The notes beneath the pieces were generated by a model that saw only the letters and a program-made list of their open reading frames with translations, ran no database searches and had not been told where the DNA came from. Shown one piece after another: positions 48,294 through 57,500 of a stretch of DNA of 64,000 nt. Location of the stretch: contig CAKPAX010000001.1 in the NCBI GenBank assembly GCA_934133175.1, positions 28,387 to 92,386 on the forward strand, read 5' to 3'. Both the position numbers and the translations under genes were made by a program. Each line of letters starts with the position of its first letter. The first letter of the stretch is position 1. The stretch is from an uncultured Clostridia bacterium. Lineage in GTDB: Bacteria > Bacillota > Clostridia > TANB77 > CAG-508.

Positions 48294-49637
48294 ATGGCAA
48301 GAAAAATCTTTGTGCTAAGAGCACATTCGTTGGTAGCAAAGGAAAAAGCAAAAACTTTGTTGAGTTTTGGAAACGATAATCAAATATGTATACCGTTTCC
48401 AGTTCTAGATGAGCTAGAAAAATTGACACATCAGTATAGTCAGCAGGGAAAGAATGCAAGAAGCATACTTGACTATATCGATTCATTTGATATAAAAAAA
48501 CTTATGTCAAAGGAAGGAGTTATACAGCCCAATGGATCTTCTTTGCGGTTAGTTCATGCAAATAATGAATCAAGAATTGCTATTCCAAATTTATCAGTTG
48601 CAGATAAACAGTGTTTGGAAATAGCAATGGATTTAAAAAAAGAGAATCCAAAAACACCAGTGATATTGGTGTCAAGAAACTCATCATTGAGACTTAAAGC
48701 TAATTCAATTGGCATTAAAGCTCAAAATTTTAGGGATGATCTATTCCCAACGATTGAGGAACAGTACAAGGGAAGATTGGAAGTTGAAACTTCTGATGAG
48801 AACTTTAACAAGTTCATGGAAGATGGTAGGTTACAGATAAAAAATATTTATAACTCATCTACCATAGAGTGGTTTCCAAATGTGTTTTTACAGATAACAT
48901 CTTTTTCAGGATGCTCTGCAATAGGAAGGTTTAATGGTAAAGAGATTGTTAAACTTAACTATACAGAATATCATCCTGCGAAAGTACAGACTAAAAATGC
49001 TGGACAAATAATGTTAAAGGAAGCATTATTGGAAAGCTCAGAAAGAGCTCCTATTGTTGTTGTTAAGGGAGGTGCCGGAACAGGTAAAACTTATATGTCT
49101 CTTGCAGTAGCACTTGAGGAAACTTTATATGCTAAGAATAAAAGCTATAAAGAAATACTGGTTTCAGCTCCTATTGAAACTGTTGGTCAGGAAAGAATGG
49201 GCTTTTTGCCAGGTGAAATTGAGGATAAATTTAATCCATATATTGGTGGTATCAAGGATAATTTACGACAGTTATTAAAAAATATGGATTCAAAAGATTC
49301 GGTTGCAAGTTTCTTTTCTTCAGGTAAAATTCAGATCCAGCCGATAGGCTTCTTAAGAGGTCGTACAATTACAGATACATTCTTTATCATCGATGAAACG
49401 CAGAATATTGCACCAGATGATATAAAGAGTATAGTAACGCGAGCCGGAAAGGGAAGCAAGTTTGTTTTCTTGGGTGACCCTACCCAGATTGATAATCCTC
49501 AGTTAAATGAAAGGAACAATGGACTGGTGTATCTTTCTGAAAAGATGAAAGAAACTCCACTTGCTTGGCAGATTACTTTAAAAGACGAAGAGTCAGTTAG
49601 AAGTGATGTTGCCAAACTTGCAGCGCAGATCTTATAA
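48294..49637 (+). CDS. PhoH-like ATPase with N-terminal PIN domain (YlaK type)
   Basis: GGAGTGKTY Walker A, FIIDETQN, GDPTQID. The N-terminal ~150 aa are PIN-like (VLDELEKL, VADKQCLE). Confidence 0.9.
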   Translation: MARKIFVLRAHSLVAKEKAKTLLSFGNDNQICIPFPVLDELEKLTHQYSQQGKNARSILDYIDSFDIKKLMSKEGVIQPNGSSLRLVHANNESRIAIPNLSVADKQCLEIAMDLKKENPKTPVILVSRNSSLRLKANSIGIKAQNFRDDLFPTIEEQYKGRLEVETSDENFNKFMEDGRLQIKNIYNSSTIEWFPNVFLQITSFSGCSAIGRFNGKEIVKLNYTEYHPAKVQTKNAGQIMLKEALLESSERAPIVVVKGGAGTGKTYMSLAVALEETLYAKNKSYKEILVSAPIETVGQERMGFLPGEIEDKFNPYIGGIKDNLRQLLKNMDSKDSVASFFSSGKIQIQPIGFLRGRTITDTFFIIDETQNIAPDDIKSIVTRAGKGSKFVFLGDPTQIDNPQLNERNNGLVYLSEKMKETPLAWQITLKDEESVRSDVAKLAAQIL

Positions 49638-49786
49638 CTACTGTAGGCAATTAATAAAACTAATTTACATTTAGAAGTCACTTTTATTTAAAGTGGCTTC
49701 TATTCATATATAAAATATTTAGTAAACTATTTATAAAAGTTATTATTTTTGATATAATAATAAATATCAAAAAAGGAGAAGATAGT

Positions 49787-50461
49787 ATGACTAGAACAAA
49801 GTTAGCAGATAGAATATTGCCAACATATACAAAAGGCGAAGAAATATTTAATATGTCATCACATATTGTAGGTGGAGTGTTAGGAATTGTAGCAACAGTG
49901 CTTTGCATTATATTTGCAGCAATACATAGAAATGTTTATGGAATAATTAGTGGAGCAATATTTGGAACTACAATGATTTTATTATACACCATGTCTAGTA
50001 TTTATCATGGATTAAAACCAGAAAGAAAAGCAAAAAAGGTTATGCAAATATTAGATCATTGTTCAATATTTTTATTAATTGCAGGATCATATACACCATT
50101 TTGTTTATGCACATTAAGGGAATATAATACAGCAATAGGTTGGACAATGTTTGGTATTATTTGGGGATTTGCAATATTAGGAATAGTATTAAATTCAATA
50201 GACTTAAAAAAATATAAGATATTTTCAATGATTTGTTATTTAGTAATGGGATGGTGTATTATAGTAAAAGTTAATGTTTTACCACAATTATTAGGAATGA
50301 CAGGATTTTGGCTTTTAATTATTGGAGGAATTGTTTATACAATAGGAGCTATATTATATGGTGTTGGTAAAAAACATAAGTATATTCATTCTGTATTTCA
50401 TTTATGTATTTTAATAGCAAATTTATTACAATTTTTATGTATTTTATTATACGTAATGTAA
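49787..50461 (+). CDS. hemolysin III / PAQR family membrane protein
   Basis: 224 aa, 7 TM, with SSIYHG, LDHCSIF and HSVFH motifs. Confidence 0.9.
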   Translation: MTRTKLADRILPTYTKGEEIFNMSSHIVGGVLGIVATVLCIIFAAIHRNVYGIISGAIFGTTMILLYTMSSIYHGLKPERKAKKVMQILDHCSIFLLIAGSYTPFCLCTLREYNTAIGWTMFGIIWGFAILGIVLNSIDLKKYKIFSMICYLVMGWCIIVKVNVLPQLLGMTGFWLLIIGGIVYTIGAILYGVGKKHKYIHSVFHLCILIANLLQFLCILLYVM

Positions 50462-50684
50462 AAATAAAATTACTTTATTATATTAAAAAATATAATAAAA
50501 AATCAAAAAATTCTATATATTGTTTTTGTAATACCGCGTAGCGAACAACCGGAGCGTTAGCGAAGGGCGAATGGAGCAGCCTTACCGAAGGATTCCGAGG
50601 GCTGCGACAACAAGGTATAAAAAAACAATATATAGAATTTTGTTATATAATACAGAAATTTAATATAATAAAGTAATTTTATTT
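50462..50684. repeat. nested imperfect palindrome (~70-bp arms) enclosing a ~80-nt GC-rich core
   Basis: The outer arm aaataaaattactttattatattaaa (50462-50488) is the exact reverse complement of 50659-50684. The inner arm aattctatatattgttttt is also repeated inverted. The core at 50533-50615 is >50% GC in a ~27% GC context. Confidence 0.65.
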
Positions 50685-51289
50685 CCTGTTTTCTTAATAA
50701 AGCCTTCCTCTTTTAAAGATTTTAACTCTCTCATCATTGCACTTCTATCTACATTTAAGTAGTCAGCTAAATCTGTAAAAGTATATGGCAAAATAAAAGT
50801 TTTATTTAAAGTCCTATTTGACAAAATAGAAAAATATTCTAATATTTTTTCACGAATTCCTCTTTTTGACAAAACTTCTATGTGTATATTTAAATCAACC
50901 ATTTTGCTAAGCATTAAATTAGGAAGACTAGAAATAAGTCTTTCGTGAAATTTACAATTTTTTTTACATTTTTTTTGGAAGTGATCATAAGAAAAAAATA
51001 AAACTTCACATTTCTTTTTTGCAACAACAAAAAGTTCATTATTAGTTGTTACTTGATAAAAGACTTCTCCAAAAATATCATTGGTAGAAAAGTGTTCTAT
51101 TATATTTTTATTTCCTTTAAAATCATATCTAATTAAATCTGCAGTTCCATTTATTAAAAAGCAGATTTGATTTCTATTTACAAGATATGTTGTAATTATT
51201 TCACCTTTTTCAAAATATTTTACTTGAGTTTTAGAACAATGAAGACTAAAATCATGTATAAATTCTGAAATATTAAAATCTATTTTCAT
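50660..51289 (-). CDS. Crp/Fnr family transcriptional regulator
   Basis: N-terminal cNMP-binding-type beta-roll and a C-terminal HTH (FTDLADYLNVDRSAMMRELKSLKEEGFI). Confidence 0.85.
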   Translation of the reverse strand: MKIDFNISEFIHDFSLHCSKTQVKYFEKGEIITTYLVNRNQICFLINGTADLIRYDFKGNKNIIEHFSTNDIFGEVFYQVTTNNELFVVAKKKCEVLFFSYDHFQKKCKKNCKFHERLISSLPNLMLSKMVDLNIHIEVLSKRGIREKILEYFSILSNRTLNKTFILPYTFTDLADYLNVDRSAMMRELKSLKEEGFIKKTGNKITLLY

Positions 51290-51324
51290 ATAATCACCTT
51301 ACATAATTATTATAACGTAAAAAA

Positions 51325-51338
51325 GTTGCAAATGCAAC
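51325..51338. promoter_or_regulatory. candidate Crp/Fnr-type operator GTTGC-N4-GCAAC (site 1)
   Basis: Perfect 5-4-5 palindrome GTTGCAAATGCAAC, 36 nt upstream of the Crp/Fnr gene start. Confidence 0.4.
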
Positions 51339-51533
51339 AATTAGTAATAATTAACATTAAATATATTATTTAAACCAATAAAAAAATGCTTAAATATAGG
51401 GAAAAAATCATAATTGAGTAGAAGAAATACAAAAAAACAAAATGTAACATTTTTGTAACATAATTGTAATAAAACTCGAAAATTGTTAAAAAAACAAGGA
51501 ATAAAAGTACATGAAAAAAATAAAATATAAAAA

Positions 51534-51547
51534 GTTGCAATAGCAAC
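51534..51547. promoter_or_regulatory. candidate Crp/Fnr-type operator GTTGC-N4-GCAAC (site 2)
   Basis: Perfect palindrome GTTGCAATAGCAAC, 57 nt upstream of the nrdD ATG. It shares the AAAAA 5' flank with site 1. Confidence 0.4.
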
Positions 51548-51603
51548 AGAAAAAAACCTCAAAAACTATATAATTATAACAGCAAAACTAAGGGGGAAAG
51601 GTA

Positions 51604-53730
51604 ATGAAAGTTATAAAAAGAGATGGACGAGCTGTAGAATTTGATAGACAAAAAATTCAAGTTGCAATTGAAAAAGCAAATAATGAAGTAAAAGGAAGAG
51701 AAAAAGCTACTAAAGAAGAAATAAAAGATATAATAAGACACATTGAAGAACTAGATAAAAAAAGAATACTAGTTGAAGATATTCAAGATATAATTGAACA
51801 ACAACTAATGGATATTAAAAAATTTGAATTAGCTAAAAAATATATAGTTTATAGATATACAAGAGCCTTAGTTAGAAAACAAAATACAACAGATGAGTCA
51901 ATTTTAGGATTGATAAAAACAACAAATAAAGAAGTAATGGAAGAAAATTCAAATAAAAATGCTGTTGTTGCATCTACTCAAAGAGACTTAATTGCTGGAG
52001 AAGTTTCAAAAGATTTAACAAAAAGAATGTTATTACCTGAAAAAATATCAAAAGCTCATGAAGAAGGAATTTTACATTTTCATGATGCGGATTATTTTTT
52101 ACAACCAATTTTTAATTGTTGCTTAATAAATATTGGAGATATGTTAGATAATGGTACTGTAATGAATGGAAAATTAATAGAAAGCCCAAAGAGTTTTCAA
52201 GTTGCATGTACTGTTACAACACAAATAATTGCAGCAGTTGCAAGTAGCCAATATGGTGGCCAATCTGTTGATATAAAACATTTAGGAAAATATTTAAGAA
52301 AAAGTTATAATAAATTTAAAAATAAGTTAAATGAACAATATAAAGGAAAATTATCTGATGCAATTATAGACGACATTGCAAAACAACAACTACAAGGAGA
52401 ACTTTCAGCAGGAGTTCAAACAATTCAGTATCAAATAAATACTTTAATGACAACAAATGGTCAATCTCCATTTGTAACATTATTTTTAAATTTAGATAAA
52501 GATGATGAATATATAGAAGAAAATGCTATGATAATAGAAGAGATTCTAAAACAAAGATATCAAGGTATAAAAAATGAAAAAGGTGTATATGTTACACCAG
52601 CATTTCCAAAGTTAATTTATGTTTTAGATGAACACAATTGTTTAAAGGGTGGAAAATATGATTATTTAACAAAACTTGCAGTTAAATGTTCTTCTAAAAG
52701 ATTATATCCAGATTACATTTCTGCTAAAAAAATGCGTGAAAATTATGAGGGAAATGTATTTAGTCCAATGGGATGTAGAAGCTTTTTATCTACATGGAAA
52801 GATGAAAACGGAAAATATAAATTTGAAGGAAGATTTAATCAAGGTGTTGTAAGTATAAACTTACCTCAAGTTGGTATCATTGCTGATGGAGATGAAGAAA
52901 AATTCTGGAAATTATTAGATGAAAGATTAGAATTGTGTAAAGAAGCTTTAATGTGTAGACACTATGCATTACTTGGAACAACATCAGATATAAGCCCAAT
53001 ACATTGGAGATACGGTGCAATTGCAAGATTAAAGCAAGGAGAAAAAATTGATAAATTATTAAAAGATGGTTATTCAACAATTTCTTTAGGGTATATAGGA
53101 TTATATGAAACAACAAAGCTAATGAAAGGTGTATCACATACAACAGAAGAAGGACATGAATTTGCTCTAAGAGTTATGAAACATTTAAGAGAAAAAACAG
53201 ACGAATGGAAAAAAGAAACCGGAATTGGTTTTGGACTTTATGGAACACCTGCAGAGAGTTTGTGTTACAGATTTGCAAGAATAGATAAAGAAAAATTTGG
53301 AACAATAGAAGATGTAACAGATAAAGGGTATTATACAAATTCTTACCATGTTGATGTTAGAGAAAAAATTGATGCATTTAAAAAATTAGCATTTGAAAGT
53401 GAATTTCAAAATATATCATCAGGTGGAGCTATATCATATATAGAAATACCAAATATGCAAAAAAACTTACAAGCACTAGAAGACATTGTTAAATTTATAT
53501 ATGAAAATATTCAATATGCAGAATTTAATACTAAATCAGATTATTGTCATGTATGTGGATATGATGGAGAAATAAAAATAAATGATAATGACGAATGGGA
53601 ATGTCCTCAATGTGGTAATAAAGATCATAATAAAATGAATGTTACAAGAAGAACTTGTGGATATTTGGGAGAAAACTTTTGGAATGTTGGAAAAACTAAA
53701 GAAATAAAATCAAGAGTTTTACATTTATAA
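51604..53730 (+). CDS. nrdD: anaerobic ribonucleoside-triphosphate reductase
   Basis: N-terminal ATP-cone, C-terminal Zn site CHVCG...CPQCG, and the glycyl-radical motif RRTCGYLG. Confidence 0.97.
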   Translation: MKVIKRDGRAVEFDRQKIQVAIEKANNEVKGREKATKEEIKDIIRHIEELDKKRILVEDIQDIIEQQLMDIKKFELAKKYIVYRYTRALVRKQNTTDESILGLIKTTNKEVMEENSNKNAVVASTQRDLIAGEVSKDLTKRMLLPEKISKAHEEGILHFHDADYFLQPIFNCCLINIGDMLDNGTVMNGKLIESPKSFQVACTVTTQIIAAVASSQYGGQSVDIKHLGKYLRKSYNKFKNKLNEQYKGKLSDAIIDDIAKQQLQGELSAGVQTIQYQINTLMTTNGQSPFVTLFLNLDKDDEYIEENAMIIEEILKQRYQGIKNEKGVYVTPAFPKLIYVLDEHNCLKGGKYDYLTKLAVKCSSKRLYPDYISAKKMRENYEGNVFSPMGCRSFLSTWKDENGKYKFEGRFNQGVVSINLPQVGIIADGDEEKFWKLLDERLELCKEALMCRHYALLGTTSDISPIHWRYGAIARLKQGEKIDKLLKDGYSTISLGYIGLYETTKLMKGVSHTTEEGHEFALRVMKHLREKTDEWKKETGIGFGLYGTPAESLCYRFARIDKEKFGTIEDVTDKGYYTNSYHVDVREKIDAFKKLAFESEFQNISSGGAISYIEIPNMQKNLQALEDIVKFIYENIQYAEFNTKSDYCHVCGYDGEIKINDNDEWECPQCGNKDHNKMNVTRRTCGYLGENFWNVGKTKEIKSRVLHL

Positions 53731-53740
53731 TAAATTAATT

Positions 53741-53771
53741 AAGAGTGTATTAATATTTTTAATACACTCTT
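53741..53771 (+). terminator. hairpin after nrdD
   Basis: 13-bp stem aagagtgtattaa / ttaatacactctt with a weak T-tract. Confidence 0.5.
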
Positions 53772-53845
53772 ATAGAATTATTAAATATAGATAAAGAGTA
53801 TGTTGATAAAAAAAGTAAAACGTAGTATAATAAATAATAGTTTAT

Positions 53846-54199
53846 GGGGGTGTAATGGCTTCGACATTATACTAGAAGCATGAATAGCGAGTAGTGGATT
53901 CTCGTTGGCCACTTAAAAAAACGGGAAAATAAAAATAAACGCTGATAATCAAGAATTAGCATTTGCTGCCTAATTGCGGCAACGTCTTATTAAATGTCCC
54001 ACACATTTAAATAAGGCGCAATATTAGTGGGAAACAAAGCTACTTTTGCTTTAGAAGTAGTGGGTAATTAAGTAAAGCTATATTTAAATTAAACGTGTTT
54101 GTTCGTGTAATTTAAATGAAAATAAATAACAAACTGCACTCGGAGAAATTTGTGTGGAAAGTATTATGGACAGGAGTTCGATTCTCCTCACCTCCACCA
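53846..54199 (+). ncRNA. ssrA: tmRNA (SsrA); tag ORF 53941-53970 encodes ADNQELAFAA
   Basis: 5' GGGGGTGTAATGGCTTCGACA and 3' GGACAGGAGTTCGATTCTCCTCACCTCCACCA form a tRNA-Ala-like acceptor/T-arm. The internal GCT GAT AAT CAA GAA TTA GCA TTT GCT GCC TAA is a typical ...LAFAA degradation tag. Confidence 0.95.
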
Positions 54200-54232
54200 A
54201 TGACATATCTGCTCGAATTAGCAGATAGATTA

Positions 54233-54262
54233 AAAATCATTCAAATAAGTTGGATGATTTTT
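54233..54262 (+). terminator. rho-independent terminator after ssrA
   Basis: Stem atcattcaa / ttggatgat (one G-U pair) followed by TTTTTTT. Confidence 0.65.
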
Positions 54263-54449
54263 TTCTTTTATAATATTACCTAAAATTTATTGTTATTTTT
54301 TTGTAATGATATAATAAAAATAAAATAAAGTATTGAAAAAAATTAAATGTATAGATATAATAAAAACAATTATTTTGTTGAAGATGTTTGGTCAAATTAA
54401 TGTATTATAGAATTTGTACACAAACGTGAAAAAGAAGGGAATGATAAAA

Positions 54450-55103
54450 ATGAAAAAGAAAAAATTAATGATGATAACTATGGCATTAATGTTAATAATT
54501 ACAGCAAAATCAACTTATGCAATGCAATCAAGACCAGATGGAACAAGCAAATTGGGTCAGTATGCAAATTATTATTTTACAGAAATAAGAAAAATGGAAT
54601 CAACAGTATTAGGATTGCCAACAAATTTTAATATAACAACATGGTTAGATTCTAGTGGTAATGGTGTAGATGTACACATGGCAAAAAATACAGAATGGGG
54701 AACGGCAGCAATGCTTTCAGCTTCTGCTTATGGAACAGCACCAAGTGGTAATTCTTCTGCAACAACAACAGGAAATGCAACAGGGGTATATCAAATGGCA
54801 GATGGAATATGGGAATATGTGGCTGGAATATGGGATGCTAGTAATGATTATATATCAACAATAAGTGTTGCAAATCCAAGGTATTATAATTTATATACAA
54901 GCCAAGTTTCTATTCCGGGTGATTCTACAATAGAAACACAAGGATGGAAAGGCTCTTCTAATACGGTTGCATTTGTTACTTCAAATCTTCCAATATTTTC
55001 GCATAGTGAGAATACATTGTTTGGATATGATCGTGGTAATGGTGCTAATAGTGGTGGACGTGGTAGTTCACGTGCTGTAATGTTAATGGGAGCCGGACTT
55101 TAA
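54450..55103 (+). CDS. secreted protein homologous to the C-terminal half of the FGE-like domain of the pilin-like paralogs
   Basis: Signal peptide MKKKKLMMITMALMLIITAKSTYA. AKNTEWGTAAMLSASAYG and GVYQMADGIWEY parallel MKNSEWGAVVYLTQSSYG and GVFDLNGGVWER of 15713-17405. The start is uncertain (54441 or 54450). Confidence 0.65.
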   Translation: MKKKKLMMITMALMLIITAKSTYAMQSRPDGTSKLGQYANYYFTEIRKMESTVLGLPTNFNITTWLDSSGNGVDVHMAKNTEWGTAAMLSASAYGTAPSGNSSATTTGNATGVYQMADGIWEYVAGIWDASNDYISTISVANPRYYNLYTSQVSIPGDSTIETQGWKGSSNTVAFVTSNLPIFSHSENTLFGYDRGNGANSGGRGSSRAVMLMGAGL

Positions 55104-55140
55104 TAAACAATATAAAATAAACTAGAAAAGGAGGCAGACA

Positions 55141-57366
55141 TTGAAAAATAAGGGAATAACACTAATAGCATTAGTAATTACAATAATAGTATTATTAATA
55201 TTAGCTGGAGTATCAATTGCAATGTTAACAGGAGATAATGGTTTATTAACAAATGCACAGAAATCTTCATTTGCAACAGAAATGAAAGCTGTAAAAGAAC
55301 AAGTAGACTTGAAAAAAACACAAATGCAATTAGAAAATATAGGTTCAAGTACAAGTGGACAAATATTTGAAAACAATGTAAATATTACAGATAAAATGCC
55401 TAATACATTAAAACAAGAAATAATGTATTTTAGAGATGGACAAGACAAAGAAAAGAAACCATCAGATTATAATGTAGAAAACTTTGAAAAATATATAATA
55501 AAATCTGAAGATGGAAAAATAGAAAGAATGTATGTAATAGATAAAAAAACAGCAAATGGAAAAGAAAATACATATATATATGATGAAAAAACAGATATAG
55601 TATATAAAATAAAACAAACTAAAATTGGAGGAAAAACATATCATAGTTATGAGGCTATGTCATTAGGAAATGGAGGAACAGCAGAAGATGAAGACAGTAC
55701 AGATACCTCTAAAGGAGATAAAACAGCAAAAGCAAGTAATTATGAAAAAAATGGAGATGTATATTTAAATACACCAGATTTACAAAACTTAGATCCAGAA
55801 ACAACATATTATATAACATATGATGAAAGTGGAAGTAATCCATATATAGCAGGAAGAATAGATAGAATAGATCCACCAGGAAACTGGTATAATTATGGAG
55901 AAAAGAAGTGGGCAAATGTAGTAACAGTGTCCAATAATCAAGTTGTATGGTGGGTATGGATACCAAGATATAAATATGTAGCAAATGCATCAGAACAAAT
56001 GGTGGATGTAAAATTTGTGAGCATAGAAAATGAATATAAAAATGGTTCAGGACAAGTAGAAGAATTATCAAGTGAATATAAAATGCCAGAAAGTTTTAAA
56101 TTTGGGGACGAAGAAAATGGATATAAAGAGTTAGCGGGATATTGGATGGCAAAATATGAAACACAAGAAGAAGTATCGGAATTAATAGCAACAGAACCAA
56201 GTATAAATTCAATAAAAGTCTATACAAGTAAAACAACAGCAGATACATATAATATATTTATAAATGGAGAAAGAAAATATGAAAATGTAACATTACCATA
56301 TAATATAACTGGTTTAAAAGCAAATACAAAATATGATATATGTGTGGCAAATGGAGAAAACATAGTAGCTAGAAAACAAGTAACAACAAAGGATATAGAA
56401 GTTTCATTAGAAGGATTAGATCAAAGCCATACTTACTATGTAACATATGATGAAAATGGAAATAATCCTCAAATAGCTGGAAGAATGGATAAAGTACAAA
56501 GACCAGAAAATTGGTATAATTACGGAGAAAAGAAATGGGCTAATATAATAACTGTTAATGGAAGTTCAGTAGCATATTGGGTATGGATACCAAGATATGA
56601 ATATATAACAATAAATGCGATGAATCAAACAGATATAACATATATACCAGTAACTCAAACAGATCCAGACCCTGGATATAAAATACCAGATAGCTTTAAA
56701 TTTGGAGATGAAGAAAGTGGATATAAACAGCTAGCAGGATATTGGATAAGTAAATATGAAGTAACAGAAGATCCAGAAACAATAGGATTAAATCCACAAA
56801 TAGGAGGAATAACGGTAACAGCAAGCAAAGCAGCAAGTGATAGGAATTATGATGTATATGTGGATGGAGAACTAAAATATAGTGGTGTGTTACCACATAC
56901 AATTGATGGACTAGAGCAAAACAAAAAATACGAAATATATGTATTAAAAGATGGAATGATGTTGGGTGCAGATGATGTGACAACGAAAGCTATAGAAATA
57001 GATATGACTGGATTAAATAAAGAACATACATATTATGTAGTATATAATACAGATGGAACAAGTCAATTAACATCAATAACAGAAGCGGAACCGGAAAATT
57101 GGTATAATTATAGTGAGAAAAGATGGGCAAATATAGTAACCAAAAATGAAGATGGAAGTCAAGAAGCATGGTGGGTATATATACCAAGATATGAATATAA
57201 AACAGAGACCGGAGGACAAATAGTAGATATAAAATTTATACCAAAAGAACAAACAGATGCTGATCCTGGATATGTAATACCAGATAGCTTTAAATTTGGT
57301 GATGAAGAAAATGGATATAGACAATTAGCCGGATATTGGATAAGTAAGTATGAAGTAAGTGAATAA
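55141..57366 (+). CDS. prepilin-like N-terminus protein with three tandem ~200-aa modules (N-terminal half of FGE-like domain + beta-rich spacer)
   Basis: TTG start 6 nt after SD AAAGGAGG. N-terminus MKNKG/ITLIALVITIIVLLILAGVSIAMLTGDNGLL. Three repeats of NWYNY.EK.WAN...W.WIPRY.Y...PDSFKFGDEE.GY..LAGYW.SKYE. Confidence 0.8.
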   Translation: MKNKGITLIALVITIIVLLILAGVSIAMLTGDNGLLTNAQKSSFATEMKAVKEQVDLKKTQMQLENIGSSTSGQIFENNVNITDKMPNTLKQEIMYFRDGQDKEKKPSDYNVENFEKYIIKSEDGKIERMYVIDKKTANGKENTYIYDEKTDIVYKIKQTKIGGKTYHSYEAMSLGNGGTAEDEDSTDTSKGDKTAKASNYEKNGDVYLNTPDLQNLDPETTYYITYDESGSNPYIAGRIDRIDPPGNWYNYGEKKWANVVTVSNNQVVWWVWIPRYKYVANASEQMVDVKFVSIENEYKNGSGQVEELSSEYKMPESFKFGDEENGYKELAGYWMAKYETQEEVSELIATEPSINSIKVYTSKTTADTYNIFINGERKYENVTLPYNITGLKANTKYDICVANGENIVARKQVTTKDIEVSLEGLDQSHTYYVTYDENGNNPQIAGRMDKVQRPENWYNYGEKKWANIITVNGSSVAYWVWIPRYEYITINAMNQTDITYIPVTQTDPDPGYKIPDSFKFGDEESGYKQLAGYWISKYEVTEDPETIGLNPQIGGITVTASKAASDRNYDVYVDGELKYSGVLPHTIDGLEQNKKYEIYVLKDGMMLGADDVTTKAIEIDMTGLNKEHTYYVVYNTDGTSQLTSITEAEPENWYNYSEKRWANIVTKNEDGSQEAWWVYIPRYEYKTETGGQIVDIKFIPKEQTDADPGYVIPDSFKFGDEENGYRQLAGYWISKYEVSE
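55774..57363 (+). repeat. three tandem ~600-nt coding repeats (units start at about 55774, 56401 and 57001; the last is truncated)
   Basis: The same ordered motifs (TYY.TYDE.G, NWYNYGEKKWAN, WVWIPRYEY, DSFKFGDEENGY, AGYWISKYE) appear three times. Confidence 0.75.
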
Positions 57367-57382
57367 AAATACTATATATAAA

Positions 57383-57420
57383 AAATAAATTCTATGTAAA
57401 AGCATAGAATTTATTTTTTA
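57383..57420 (+). terminator. rho-independent terminator
   Basis: 14-bp stem aaataaattctatg / catagaatttattt plus a T-run. Confidence 0.75.
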
Positions 57421-57500
57421 TATTATTTGTAAATATATTGATTTTTATAATTTTGTTATGATATTATAAGATTGTAAAAAATATAAAGGAGATGAATATT

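Noticed and set aside
50533-50615. GC-rich core considered as a tRNA/rRNA fragment or a short coding sequence
   Set aside because: I could not build a cloverleaf or acceptor pairing, and all frames contain stops or lack starts. It is kept as an unexplained structured element in the findings.
54670-54864. 64-aa alternative-frame + strand ORF inside 54450-55103
   Set aside because: It is nested out of frame in a gene with a signal peptide and paralog support. Its Gln/Met-rich product has no start signal.
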